This document shows positions 1-13,109 of a stretch of DNA of 64,000 nt, piece after piece. A model generated the notes under the pieces. It was not told the origin of the DNA and ran no database searches. It saw only the letters and a program-made list of their open reading frames with translations. The stretch lies in assembly GCF_963921235.1 (NCBI RefSeq), contig NC_086107.1:46500001-46564000 (forward strand), in the 5' to 3' direction. The DNA is from Mobula hypostoma. Its lineage: Eukaryota. Every line of letters starts with the position of its first letter. Position 1 is the stretch's first letter. The translations under genes were made by a program, and so were the position numbers.

Positions 1-335
1 TTCTATGTTCATTGATCGTGTGGATAGTCAGAGGCTTTTTCCCCAGGGCTGAAATGGCTAGCACGAGAGCATAATTTGAAGGTGCTTGGAAGTAGGTACA
101 GAGCAGATGTCAGGGTTAAGTTTTTTACGCAGAGTGGTGAGTGCATGGAATGGGCTGCCGGCGGCAGTGGTGAAGGCGGAAAAAACAGGGTCTTTTAAGA
201 GACTGCTGGATGGATACATGGAGCTTAGAAAAATAGAGGGCTATGGGTAAGCCTAGGTAGTTATAAGATGAGGACATGTTTGGCACAGCTTTGGGCCGCA
301 GGGCCTGTATTGTGCTGTAGGTTTTCTATGTTTCT
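1..335 (+). mobile_element. CR1-type LINE 3' end fragment
   Basis: Ends in a TTCTATGTTTCTA short-repeat tail and resembles the other CR1 3' ends in the window; boundaries approximate. Confidence 0.6.
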
Positions 336-429
336 ACAAAGATAAAGAAAAAACAAAAGATAAAAAAAAGTAAGAGTATAGTGAAGAAAAGTCAAAAGCA
401 AAAGAATAAAAGATTACAGATTTTAAAAG

Positions 430-1820
430 GACAATGAGTACAAGTGCACTTTATTTGAATGCCATAGCATTCTAAACAAGGTGAATGAACTTGTGGCTCA
501 AATCAGTGCAAAGAGGTAAGATTCAGTGGCCATTACGGAGACGTGGTTGCAGGGTGGAGAGGATGTGGAATTAAATATCCAAGGATATCAGGTAATGCAG
601 AAGGATAGGCAGGAAGGTAAGGGAGTTGGGGTGGCGCTCTTAATTAAAGATGAGATCAAGGGGATAGTGAGAGACAATATAAGATATAAGGAGCAGAATG
701 ATGAATCCATCTGGTTAGAGGTTAGGAATAATAAAAGAAAAAAAATCACTGGCGGGAATTGCTGGTGAACACAGCAGGCCAGGCAGCATCTCTAGGAACA
801 GGTACAGTCGACATTTCGGGCCAAGACTCTTGTCCTGACAAAGGGTCTCAGCCCAAAACGTCGACTGTACCTCTTCCTGGAGATGCTGCCTGGCCTGCTG
901 CGTTCACCAGCAACTTTGATGTGTGTTGCTTGAATTTCCAGCATCTGCAGAATTCCTCGTGTTTACTGGTGCGAGTTGACTATTGGCTACCAAATAATAA
1001 CATCACAGTACACAGGCAAAAGAGAGAGAAATATCTGAGGCATGTAAGAATGGAACACCAGTTATCATGGGGGACTTTAACTTGCACAGAGAATGGGTGA
1101 ATCAAGTTGGTCGAGGCAGTCTTGAGGGGGACTTCATAGAATGCATCTGTGATGGCCTTCTTGAACAGCATGTTACTGAACCGACAAGGGGACATCCTAT
1201 CTTAGATCTGGTCCTGTGCAATGAGGCAGGTAGAATTAGTGATCTTGTAGATAGGGATCCTCTTGGAAAGAGTGATCATAGCATGACTGAGTTTCTCATA
1301 AAAATAGAGGGTGCAATAATTCAATCTAAAACCACTGTATTGTGCCTAAACAATGGAGACTACAATGGGATGAAGGAGGATTAGGCAAGTGTAGACTGGG
1401 AACACGGGCTACATATGAGACAGTTGAGGAAGACTTCCAAAGATATTTTTCACAGTGCTCAACAAAAGTATGTTCCAGTTAAAAGCAAGGACAGTAAGGG
1501 TGGGGAGACCCAGCCTTGGATAACTAAGGAACTTAAAGAAGGCATCAAACTAAAAGCTCATGCATACAAAGTCGCCAAGAATAGTGGGAAACTGGAAGAT
1601 TGGGAAAACTCTAAAAAGCAACAAAGTACCACTGTGTGAGCAATAAAGAAAAGGAAGCTAGATTATGAAAATAAACTAGCACAAACTATAAAAATGGATA
1701 GTAAAAAATTTTATAATAATATAAATTGGAAAAGGGTAGCTAAAGTGTATGTAGGTCCCTTGGAGGATGAGAAGGAGGAATTGATACTGGGATATGAGCA
1801 AATGGCCGAGGCTTTGAATG
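430..1820 (+). mobile_element. CR1 LINE ORF2 remnant (APE endonuclease region), interrupted by a Penelope terminal-repeat insertion
   Basis: Translations AITETWLQ, GVGVALLIKD, ESIWLEV, MGDFNL and HPILDLVLCN are APE endonuclease motifs; multiple stops and frameshifts. Confidence 0.85.
762..964. mobile_element. Fold-back insertion of Penelope terminal repeat with degenerate 14-bp TSD
   Basis: Two inverted arms of the same repeat, flanked by ACTGGCGGGAATTG (748-761) and ACTGGTGCGAGTTG (965-978), 11/14 identical. Confidence 0.65.
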
Positions 1821-3080
1821 AAGCAACACACATCAAAGTTGCTGGTGAACGCAGCAGGCCAAGCAGCATCTATAGGAAGAGGCGCAGTCGACGTTTCAGG
1901 CCGAGACCCTTCGTCAGGACTAACTGAAGGAAGAGTGAGTAAGGGATTTGAAAGCTGGAGGGGGAGGGGGAGATGCAAAATGATAGGAGAAGACAGGAGG
2001 GGGAGGGATAGAGCCGAGAGCTGGACAGGTGATAGGCAAAAGGGGATACGAGAGGATCATGGGACAGGAGGTCCGGGAAGAAAGACAGTGGTGGGGGGGG
2101 GGTGACCCAGAGGATGGGCAAGAGGTATATTCAGAGGGACAGAGGGAGAAAAAGGAGAGTGAGAGAAATAATGTGTGCATAAAAATGAGTAACAGATGGG
2201 GTACGAGGGGGAGGTGGGGCCTAGCGGAAGTTAGAGAAGTCAATGTTCATGCCATCAGGTTGGAGGCTACCCAGACGGAATATAAGGTGTTGTTCCTCCA
2301 ACCTGAGTGTGGCTTCATCTTTACAGTAGAGGAGGCCGTGGATAGACATGTCAGAATGGGAATGGGATGTGGAATTAAAATGTGTGGCCACTGGGAGATC
2401 CTGCTTTCTCTGGCGGACAGAGCATAGATGTTCAGCAAAGCGGTCTCCCAGTCTGCGTCGGGTCTCACCAATATCTAATAGGCCACATCGGGAGCACCGG
2501 ACGCAGTATATCACCCCAGTCGACTCACAGGTGAAGTAATGCCTCACCTGGAAGGACTGTTTGGGGCCCTGAATGGTGGTAAGGGAGGAAGTGTAAGGGC
2601 ATGTGTAGCACTTGTTCCGCTTACACGGATAAGTGCCAGGAGGGAGATCAGTGGGGAGGGATGGGGGGGACGAATGGACAAGGGAGTTGTGTAGGGAGCA
2701 ATCCCTGTGGAATGCAGAGAGAGAGGGGGGCAGGGAAAGATGTGCTTAGTGGTGGGATCCCGTTGGAGGTGGCGGAAGTTATGGAGAATAATATGTTGGA
2801 CCCGGAGGCTGGTGGGGTGGTAGGTGAGGACCAGGGGAACCCTATTCCTAGTGGGGTGGTGGGAGGATGGAGTGAGAGCAGATGTACGTGAAATGGGGGA
2901 GATGCGTTTAAGAGCAGAGTTGATAGTGGAGGAAGGGAAGCCCCTTTCTTTAAAAAATGAAGACATCTCCCTCGTCCTAGAATGAAAAGCCTCATCCTGA
3001 GAGCAGATGCGGCGGAGACGGAGGAATTGCGAGAAGGGGATGGCGTTTTTGCAAGAGACAGGGTGAGAAGAGGAATAGGG
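1821..3080 (-). mobile_element. Penelope-like element, 5'-truncated (RT C-terminus, GIY-YIG endonuclease, terminal repeat)
   Basis: Minus ORF 2221-2547 FTCESTGVIYCVRCSRCGLLDIGETRRRLGDRFAEH is a GIY-YIG domain of PLE type; upstream IPFSQFLRLRRICS is the PLE RT thumb. Confidence 0.9.
1885..1922 (-). ncRNA. Minimal type I hammerhead ribozyme motif (intact) in Penelope terminal repeat
   Basis: Reverse complement reads TAGTC-CTGACGA-AGG(GTCTCGG)CCT-GAAAC-GTC-GACTG: catalytic core CUGANGA and GAAA, stem I AGUC/GACU, stem II AGG/CCU, palindromic ACGU stem III, GUC cleavage triplet. Confidence 0.75.
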
Positions 3081-4890
3081 CTTGAAGCTATCATTAAAGA
3101 AGAAATAGCGAGGCATCTGGAAAGAAATGGATCCATCAGGCAGACACAGCATGGACTCAGCAAAGGCAGGTCCTGTTGGAAAAGCTGACTGGAGTTCTTT
3201 GAGGATATAACAAGCGCAGTGGATAGAGGAGAACAGATGGGCGTTACTTACTTGGATTTCCAGAAGGCGTTCGATAAGGTGCCACATAAAAGACATAAGA
3301 TAAGGATGCATAGAGTTGGAGGTGATGTATTACCATGGATAGAGGATTCATTATCTAATAGAAAGCAGAGAGTTGGGATACAAGGGTGTTTCTCTGGCTG
3401 GCAATCAGTGGTGAGCAGGGGTCAGTGCTGGGCCTGCAAGTATTCACGATATACTGTACATAGCAATCTGGAAAAGGGAAATGTGTGTAGTGTATCTAAG
3501 TTTGCTGATGATACTGAATTGAATGGAAAAGCAAATTGCGCAGAAGTTAAGGAGTGTGTGCAGAGAGACATAAATAGGTTAAGTGAGTGGGCAATCGGTC
3601 TGGCAGATGGAGTACAATGGTGGTAAATGTGCCCTTGGGTTCTAAAGGAAGTAGTTGGAGAGATTGCGGAAGTATTAACAATGATCTTTCAATTGATCAA
3701 TTCTGGCAGTGTACCAGATGACTGGAAAATTGCAAATATTACTCTGCTATTTAAAAAGGGTGGGAGGCAGCATAAAGGAAACTATAGACCTGTTAGCCTG
3801 ACATCAGTGGTTGGGAAGTTGTTGGAATCGATTGTTAGGGATGAGAATACAGGGTACCTGTAGGCACATGACAAGATAGGCCAAAGCCAGCATGGTTTCC
3901 TGAAAGGAAAATCCTGCCTGGCTAACCTACTGCAATTTTTTGAGGAAATTACAACCAGGGTAGACAAAGGAGATGCAGTAGATATGGTATACTTGGATTT
4001 TCAGAAGGCCTTTGACAAAGTGTCGCACATGAAGCTGCTTAGCAAGATAAGAGCCTGTGCAATTACAGGGGAGTTACTAGCATGAGCAGAGCACTGGCTG
4101 ATCGGCAGAAAACAGAGAGTGGGATTAAAAGGATCCTATTCTGACTGGCTGCCAGTTACCAGTGGAGTTTCACAGGGGTCAATGTTGGAACTGTTGCTTT
4201 TTACAATGTATGTCAATGATTTGAACTATGGGATTAATGGATTCGTGGCTAAAGTTGTGGATGATACAAAGATAGGTGGAGGAGCAGATAGTTTTGAGGA
4301 AACAGAGAGCCTGCAGAGAGAATTAGATAGTTTATGGGAATGGGCAAAGAAGTAGCAAATAAAATACAATGTTGGAAAGTGTATGTTTAAGCACTTTGGT
4401 GGAAGAAATAAATGGGCAGACTATTATTTAGATGGGGAGAGAATTCAAAATGCAGAGATGCAAAGGGACTTGGGAGTCCTTGTGCAGGATACCCAAAAGG
4501 TTAACCTCCAGGTTGAGTCAGTGGTGAAGAAGGCAAATGCAATGTTGGCACTCATTTCTGGAGGTATAGAATATAAGAACAGGGATGTGATGTTGAGGCT
4601 CTATAAGGCACTCGTCAGACCACACTTAGAGTATTTTGTGTGCAGTTTTGGGCTCCTTATTTTAGAAAGGATGTACTAACATTGGAGAGGGTTCAGAGAA
4701 GATTCACGAGAATAATTCCAGGAATGAAAGGCTTACCATATGAAGAACGTCTGACAGCTCTTGTGCAGTATTCCCTGGAGTTCAGGAGAATGAGTGGGGA
4801 ACTCATAGAAACATCCCGAAAGTTAAAAGGCCTGAACAGATTAGCTATGACAAAGTTATTTCCCATGGTAGGGGAAATGTTAAACTGTTG
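3081..4890 (+). mobile_element. Two consecutive degenerate CR1 RT fragments (about 3081-3626 and 3627-4890)
   Basis: YLDFQKAFDKVPH, KFADDT, NYRPVSLTSVVGK and YKALVRPHLEY motifs; the RT region is repeated; stops present. Confidence 0.9.
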
Positions 4891-5009
4891 ATTTCCCCCC
4901 CACCCCGGTCAGAGAATGTTCGGAAATTTAATTGGTTTTCTTTATTATATTTGGTCAGTCTATAAAGCATTGCTCTGTGTAAGTTTCCCTTCACTGTCTG
5001 CTCTGTTTT

Positions 5010-6870
5010 AGACCATAAAATATAGGAGCAGAATTAGGCCATCTATCCTATCCAGTCTGCTGTGCCACTTCATCATGGCTAATCCACTTTTCCTCTCAGC
5101 TCCAATTTCCTGTCTTCCCCACCGCCCCATACTCCTTCATTCCCTGACCAGTCAACAATCTATGAACCTCTACCTTAAATATACATAAAGACTTTGCCTC
5201 CACAGCTGCCTGTGGCAAAGGAGTCCAAATAATTCTGGCTGAAGAAATTCCTCCTCCTCATCTCCATTCTAAAAGGACATCCCTCTATTCTGAGGCTGTA
5301 TCCTCTGATTGTAGACATTCCCACCATATGAAACATCCTCCCTACATCCACTTTATCAAGGCCTTTCAGCATTCAATATGTTTCAATTCGGTCACCCTTC
5401 ACTCTTCTGAATTCCAATGAATAGCGGCCCAGAACCATCAAACGCTCTTTATATGACAAGCCGCTTAATCCTGGAATCATTTTCGTAAATCTCCTTTGAG
5501 CCCTTCCTATTTTCAGCAGATCATTTCTAAGATAAGGGGCCCAAAACTGCTCACAATACTTCAAGCGAGGCCCTACCTGTGCTTTATAAAATTTCAAAAT
5601 TATACCCTTGCTTTTATATCCCAATCCTCTTGAAATGAATGCTAACATTACACTTGCCTTCCTCACCACAGACTCAACTGGCAAATTAACATTTAGGGAC
5701 CCTTTAGGTCTCAGTTTTTTGTATTTTCTCTCCATTTAGAAAATAGTCAACCCTTTCAGTTCTTCTACCAGAGCACATGACCAGAAACTTCCTTGCACTG
5801 TATACCATCTGCCACTTCTTTACCCATTCTCCTAGTCTGTTTAAGTCCTTCTGTAGCCTCCCTACTTCCTCAGAACTACCTGCCCTTACACCTGTCTTTG
5901 TATCATCTGCAAGCTTTGTAACAAAGCCATGAATTCCGTCATCCAAATCATTGACGTATAATGTAAAAAGAATCAGTCCCTGCACAGACACCTGTGGAAC
6001 ACCACCAGTCACTGGCAGCCAACAAAAAAAGGCTTCCTTCATTCACACTCTTTGTCTCCTGTTAATCAGCCTCTGTTTTATACATGTTAAGGTCTTTCCT
6101 GTACAGTTTGACCTTCACCAATCCGACTACCTGTAATCCGGTTCCTTTGATAATCTGGCATTGATTATGCTTAATGTGATCCTTCTGTAATTCGGCATTT
6201 TCACTAATCCGGCACTCCTCAGGTCCCAATGGTGCCAGATTAGTGAAGGTCGACCTGTAATACAATGGGCTTGTAGCTTGTTATGCAGCCTCATATGTGA
6301 CTCTATGTCAATGGCCTTCTGAAAATCTAAATACACATCAACTGATTCTCCTTCTTCAATTGTGCTTGTTATCTCTTCAGAGTTCCAACTCATTTGTTAG
6401 GCAATATTTTCCCTTGAGGAACCATGCTGACTACAGTCTATTTTATCATGTGCCTCCTGAGACCTCATCCTTCTTAATCAACTCCAACATCTTCTCAACC
6501 ACTGAAGTCAGACTAACTGGCCTATAATTTCCATTCTCTCTCCCTTCTTGAAGAGTGGAGTGACATTTGCAATTTTCCAGTGTTCTGGAACCATTTCAGA
6601 TTCTGGTGATCCTTGAATGATCATTACTAGGTCCTCCACAATCTCTTCAGCCACTTCTTTCAGAATTCTGGGGTGTACACCTTCTGGTCCAGGTGACTTA
6701 TCTACTTTCAGACCTTTCACTTTCCCAAGAACCTTCTGTCTAGTAATGGAAACTTCACACACTTCATAACCCTGACACCTGGAACTTCCACCAAATTGCT
6801 AGTGTCTTCCACACTGAAGTCTGATGCAAAAATACTTACTTAGTTCATCCGCCATTTCCTTGTCCCCCAG
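5010..6870 (-). mobile_element. Degenerate CR1 LINE (RT region to 3' end)
   Basis: Minus ORFs contain KSPGPEGVHP, YLDFQKA, KLADDTK and YSLEFRR motifs. Confidence 0.85.
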
Positions 6871-6934
6871 TAACATCCATGAGTTCTTGTACTATTTGGA
6901 CAATCACAGTTGTGTTTCCTGAAGCCATAACAAA

Positions 6935-7340
6935 ACCATAAGACATAGAAGCAGAATCAGGCCATTTGGGCCTTCAGGTCTGCTACAGCATACCATCATG
7001 AATGATTTATTATCCCACTCAACCCTATTCTCCTGAATTCTCCCCATAGGCTTTGACTCCCTTACTAATCATGAATCTATCAACCTCCACTTTAAATATG
7101 CCCAAGGACTTGCCCTCCACAGCTTTCTGTGGCAATGAATTCCACAGATTCACCACCATCTTGCTAAAGAAATTCCTCCTCATCTCTGTTCTAAAGGGAC
7201 TTCCTTGTTTTCTGAAGCTATTTCTCTGGTCCTAGATTCCCTCACTACAGGATATCCTCTCCAGGTTCACTCTATCTAGGCCTTTCAATATTCCCTCATT
7301 CTTCTAAATTCCAGTAAGGACAGGTCCAGAGCCATCAAAC
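6935..7340 (-). mobile_element. CR1 3' end fragment
   Basis: Matches the CR1 3' terminus at 13110-13500. Confidence 0.65.
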
Positions 7341-8289
7341 ATTCCTCATACATTAAATCCTCTTTGCTTCCATGTTTCCAAAGTCATGAACTCCAAATGC
7401 ATAACAAGAATCCATGTAGATATTAGCTGATCTTCTTTCTGCAAGTTTACAGGCTTCAATCAGGGCTTTCATATCTGTGTAGAGGTACCAGGAATCATGC
7501 TTCCTGATGCCAATAGTTTCAGAAACAATAGTCCATTCAGGCATTCAGACTCTGTACTCAGTTGTTGAGGAGTTATTGGTGTACAATATCTGATCTGGGT
7601 TCAACAGAGGCATTTACTTGTAATGATTTGCTCTCCCTGGCATGTTATTTGGCTTGCACAGTCATGATCATTATAGCCCTCCTAACCCAATGTAACAGTG
7701 TAGCTGGGTCCACTGGACTTCCTCACTTGATGATGATATTAGGTGAGTCAAGAGCAGTTGACCATTTAGACCACTGAGCAGCTGTTACTTGAAAAGCCTG
7801 ATTCATTGTCAGTAATGTATGTACTAAGTGAGGACATTAAACATTTAAAGGTTGATTGAGCACAAAGCGAGAAACAGCCATGACTTCCAAATAGTTTGCC
7901 TACGCTACTCATAAACCCGAACTCCATCCTAATACTACATTATCCAATTTGGCAGAGTAATAACCAGAATGATGCTGCAGGTCTCCATGTTCTTGAGCTA
8001 TGACTGCCATCATGCAGCCATGTTTCCCCTTGACGTACAGAGTAAATGGTTTACACATATCAGGGATTCCTAATGCAGGACCTGTACATCATTTCACTAT
8101 TAAAGTTTGAAAAGCTTCCAGTTGTTCCTCATTCAGAATCGCATAATCATCTAAGCAGTTTGTCCCCTTCAAGAGATGTTGAATGGTTGTCCAATTTCAG
8201 GAGATGAATCAACCCATGCTCTGCTGTAGTTACACAAACCCAGAAATTATCACAGTTGCTGGATTGTTGTAGGCGGTTGCAGATTTGCC

Positions 8290-9165
8290 GGCCTTTGCAG
8301 GAGGGAGATTGAAGATTTGGTGGTGTGGTGTCATAACAAGAACCTCTTACTCAATGTCAGCAAAACTGAGGAACTGGTAGTAGACTTCAGGAGAAGGAAA
8401 CCAGAGGTCCATGAGACAGAATTCATTGGAGGAGCAGAGGTGGAGAGTGTCAGAAATATTAAATTGATGGCTGTCACTATTTCAGAGTTCCAGTCCTGGA
8501 GTCATCATATAATTGTAATTACAAATAAAGCATGACAGTGCCTCTACTTTCTTAGAAGTCTGTGGAGATTTGGCATGTGCTCAAAAACCTTGACAATAGA
8601 TGTGTGGTGTGATGTACTGACTGGCTGCGTTATGACCTGGTAGAGGAACACCAATCCTTCTGAGCGGGAAATCTTACGAAAAGTCATGAATTCAGCCCAG
8701 AGCATCATGGGTAAAACCCTCCCAACCATTGAGCACATCTACATGTAACATTGTAAGAAAAGCAGCATCCATCATCAAAGATCCTCACCACCCCAGGCCA
8801 TGTACTTTTCCAGCTGCTGCCATCAGTGCCTCAGGACTCACACCCCTGGGTTCAAGAACAGTTACTACCCCTCAAGCTTCAGGCTCTTGACAAAAGAGGG
8901 TAACTATACTCATTCTACATCTGATGTTCCCACAACCAATGATCTCACTTTAAGGACTCTTTATATTGTTATTTCATGCTCCCGTTATTTATTGCTATTT
9001 ATTTATATTTGCATTTGCACTGTTTGTTTTTCATTCATCCTGTTTACAGTTACAGTTCTATAGATTTACTGAGTATGCCCACAAAAAAAAGAATCTCGGG
9101 GTAGTACATGGTGAAATGTATGTACTCTGATAATAAATTTTACTTTGAACTTTTGAAACTTTCTG
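8290..9165 (+). mobile_element. L2/CR1-clade LINE 3' fragment inserted in the ERV
   Basis: NNLLLNVSKTEELVVDFRR motif and RTHTPGFKNSYYPS C-terminal motif. Confidence 0.75.
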
Positions 9166-10919
9166 TCCCAAATAAATTGCTTCATATTGTTGCAATTGTG
9201 CCTTGTCCAAATTTGCTTTGTGAACCTTTGGAGGATAAATCAAGTAAATAAAACACTTCACGTTCATCTTGGTCTGCATTGTCAAATGCAATTAGTTCGT
9301 CATCTACATACTGTATGATAGTCAAATTTATGGCTGGTAAGTCCCTAAGATGTTGTCTCAGAGCCATGTGGTAGTCTGTGGGATAGTGTTGTCCATTAAG
9401 TGTAAAAGCCAACTATGGCTGACATTCCTATGCCAGTGGTAGAAACCAAAATCCACTGGCCACATTGATAATTGTAAACCACTTACACGATGGCTTTAGG
9501 GCATTGAAAATTGTTGGTGGATTGGCCATTAGAGGATGGTTGACTTCTTATTAACTCCTGAGTAACTCAACCACACTGTTCTGTAGTGTTACTCATATTC
9601 AGAAATGCTTTCAAAAGTCCTTTGCTTGCACTCAACCACCTTTCTCCAATCATATGGGTGTTGTATAGGTTCTTAATACATTGAAATTCAGCCCAAGACT
9701 TTAAACCTCCTTTTGCAGGATGTGAAAACTCTTTGGACCATCTATCAATCTTTTCTGATTCAGCTGGTTGATGATAAACCTGTCTCTTTTCATAATTCCC
9801 ATTTTCAGTTCTGGGTCTTATCACTTCCTTGGTCTTTATTGGGGCAAATCATTATATGGTTGGCTAACCTATTGTTCCATTATTGCCATCTTCACTTGTG
9901 TCACTATAGGTCTCTGTCGAGTCCTTGCAATTTCCGTCTCCTAATTCCTCTAAGTTCGGCATGTAGCATTGCCCCATAAGACTGTCCAATAGCGGGAGTG
10001 TTTTCCAAGGAGGAGCATCACTCCACTTGAGGTCCCTGCTGGATTTTCTGATACTGCTTCATTTTATCTTGAAGCTCCATGCAATGCAATTTCATGCGAT
10101 TACACTTAGTCCGTAGTTCTTTCACTCGTTCAGTTAATTCTGTCTCCATCATGCAGTTTCTGTAGTTCATCAGTTTTCCTTTTCCACCTGTTCAGTTAAC
10201 TTTTTTACTTGTTCTGTTAACTTACATGTTCAGTCTTCTGACTCAACGTGTTCACATTTAAAACCACATATTTGATCGTCCAACTCAGCATGTTCATTTC
10301 TCATTTAACTGTGATAACACCCATGCAGTTTGTTTTTCTTTCCCTCAAGCATTCCCAAGGTTTTTCTCATGATTTTTTTAATATTTACCAGCAGCCAAAT
10401 TTCATTAGACTCAACACTGACAGCATATTTCACTCTGATTTCTTCATTAATCTTGTCAAATTGAAATATTTTGTACAGGTAAGAACCCTAACTCTCAGTC
10501 ATCTGTTCACACCTAACGACTGGGGGATCAGTTCCTTTTTCTGTCGTGGGTTGCACTACTTTGGACATTGCTTTGCTGTACATAACGCTTAATTTGTCAA
10601 CTTAATGATCTGATGATAATTTTATTGGCACTCAACAAGCTTGTAACAATTTTAATCTCATTGATACTCTTCCAGCTTGTAACAATTTTTGTTATGCAGA
10701 ACACTTTAATTGTTACTTCCTTTTTTTAATCACTAGATTTGCAACCAAATTTAATTTTATACACATTTAACTTTATCCTAAATTTCCTTTGTTTAGATGC
10801 TGTATTGAAGTAAGAATGAGATTTCTCTGACGATTAGGAAAGTAAGAGGAAGGTCGCATGTATGGAGCAAAATATTTACCTTCATCTGGGATTATTCCAC
10901 CCCTTAAATTTTCGCAACC

Positions 10920-10937
10920 ATCCTGCTGACTCCATCA
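10920..10937 (-). promoter_or_regulatory. Degenerate tRNA-Ser primer-binding site of the ERV
   Basis: Reverse complement TGATGGAGTCAGCAGGAT matches the tRNA-Ser PBS TGGCGTAGTCGGCAGGAT at 14/18 positions; it lies upstream of gag in the correct orientation. Confidence 0.55.
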
Positions 10938-12669
10938 AGCTGTTGGATCCCGATGTTTAAGCAATTTAAAGGTTCTTCGGAAAACAAGAATGAAGCATAG
11001 AATTGATGCTTACTATTGTTTTATTAAATGTTATAATAGCAAAGAAGAACAAGAAGAAGCGTTGAGAGTTCAAAGAAAAGACTAGCCTAAAAAGTAATAA
11101 TGGTCTTCTTATACCAGATGAGGTAAAGGAAATTGTACTGATAACAGTTAACTAATAAAATATTCAGATTCAAATTGTATGACACTTGCTGCTGAATCTG
11201 AAAAGTTTCTAGAAAAATCCAGAGCCAACTGTGCTGTAATTGTTAGAAAATTCATTGAAAAATTACATTATATTGCTGATTATATAAAAATATAAGCAAG
11301 CAAAACAAAGTTAAAAAGGAAGAAAATTAACAATTCTATACCCCAATCCAACACTCTCTTGAATACATCTAAAAAAAACAAGGTTCCTTCACAAAGCTTT
11401 TTATTTGAAGATAATTCCTATTATTATTATTCAGGAAATTAAAACCCCCTGATACTACAATGTTTTTCTTGCACCTCCCTGTCATCTGCCTATATATCTG
11501 TTCTTCAATTTATTTTTGACTGTTTGAATGTCTGTAATACATCCCCAGTCAAATGACAACACCCTTTTTTGTTCCTAATTCATACCCATATAGAAAATAG
11601 AACAGTACAGCACAGGAACTGAACCTTCAGCCCACAATGTTATGCCAAACCAATTAAATTAGTAATCAAATGGCCAACTTAATTTTTCACTTCTGCTACG
11701 CAATGGCGATATCCTTCCATTTCTCTCACTTTCATGTCCCCATGTCTCCTAAAATTCCCTCATGTATCAGTCTCTACCACTACCCCAGGCAGCACATTCC
11801 AGACACCCAGCAATCTCTGTGTAAAAACTTCTTGCCCCTCATATCTCCTTTGAATTTAACCCCTCTTACCTTAAATGGGCTCTGGTATCTGACATTTCAG
11901 GCCTTGGAAAAAGATACTGTCTATATACAGTACTCTGTGGCTCTCATAATCTTATAAACCTCTCTCAGATCTCCCCTAAGCCTCCTCTGCTTTAGAGAAA
12001 ACAACCCAAGTTAGTCCAATCTCTCATTATAGCACATGCCCTCTAATCCAGGCAGCATCCTGGTAAACCTCTTCTGCACCTCTCCAAAGCCTTGTTTTTG
12101 GAGACTTTGAGGATATCCTCTCTCAACAATGAAGTGATTGTTTTAAGAAGGGCAAAGAAATTTTAAACCATTATATTTGCTTTTTTTCCTCAACAGAATT
12201 AACAGATCAAAGCATATATTCTGTTTAAATTGGTTGTGATTTGAATTGGATCCACTTAATTCACACGTGAATTATGTAAATCATATATGGAATATTTTGC
12301 AGCTTTTAATATTGTCTTACATTGATTATTAAGCTCTTTCATTTGTGTTAATGAGGCATCAAAATGAAAGAAAATGTGGAAAGAAAGACAAACTGGAAGT
12401 ACTGTTCATATAAATTTTAAAATGGAGTCATATGAAGAATGGATTTTTATTAAAATTGAAAATTATGAATGAGTGGAACAGAATAATAAAAACCATTATT
12501 GCATGAAGAAATCATGAACATATGAAAATGAATTTAAAGCTGAACATCAATAAGGTCTACAAATCAAATAATGCGATTGGCCAAATGGGCTAACAATTCA
12601 ACTACAATTCTGTTTGAACAACATGAAACTTGTACAATTTCCCATCTTCATAATTGAAAAGAACATTTT

Positions 12670-13050
12670 CTTTTCCAATATTTTTATTAATTTACATACA
12701 AGAATACAGAGTACAGGAAAAAATATATATCAATACATTATACAAAATCGCATATAAAGGCTCCTTACCCTATATTCATACAAATTAATTAATTCGTAAC
12801 ATTGAAATATAGTAATTTTATCACAATGTTTGAAAGTCTTGACTAGATTCAGAGATTGAACATCGAATCTTCTCTAAATTTAAACATGACATCACATCAC
12901 GTAACCATTGGGCATGAGTAGGAGGGGCCGCATCTTTCCATTTGAGCAAGAGCGTCCTTCTGGCAATAAGAGACATAAAAGCCAAAATGTGCAAGTCAGA
13001 TGACTCCAAAATAATATCCTTTCCTCAGAACATTTTCCAACAGTCTAACA
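12670..13050 (-). mobile_element. L1/Tx1-like ORF2 C-terminal fragment
   Basis: LIARRTLLLKWKDAAPPTHAQWLRDVMSCLNLEK resembles the fish L1 ORF2 C-terminus. Confidence 0.7.
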
Positions 13051-13109
13051 ATTGCTATTTCATTTCAGTAACTTAATTAAAAAAAAACAAGGATATTGAT
13101 GCACTCAGT

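Larger units (their letters stand above)
7345..10940 (-). mobile_element. Class I-like endogenous retrovirus fossil (gag, RT, tether, RNase H), split by an L2 insertion
   Basis: Minus-strand translations give RT IIQYVDDELIA (9182-9412), tether GPALGIPDMCKPFTLYV...YYSAKLDNV...DPATLL (about 7690-8080) and RNase H KALIEACKLAERRSANIYMDSCYAFGVHDFG (7353-7544); a gag-like segment lies at about 9570-9820. Confidence 0.8.
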
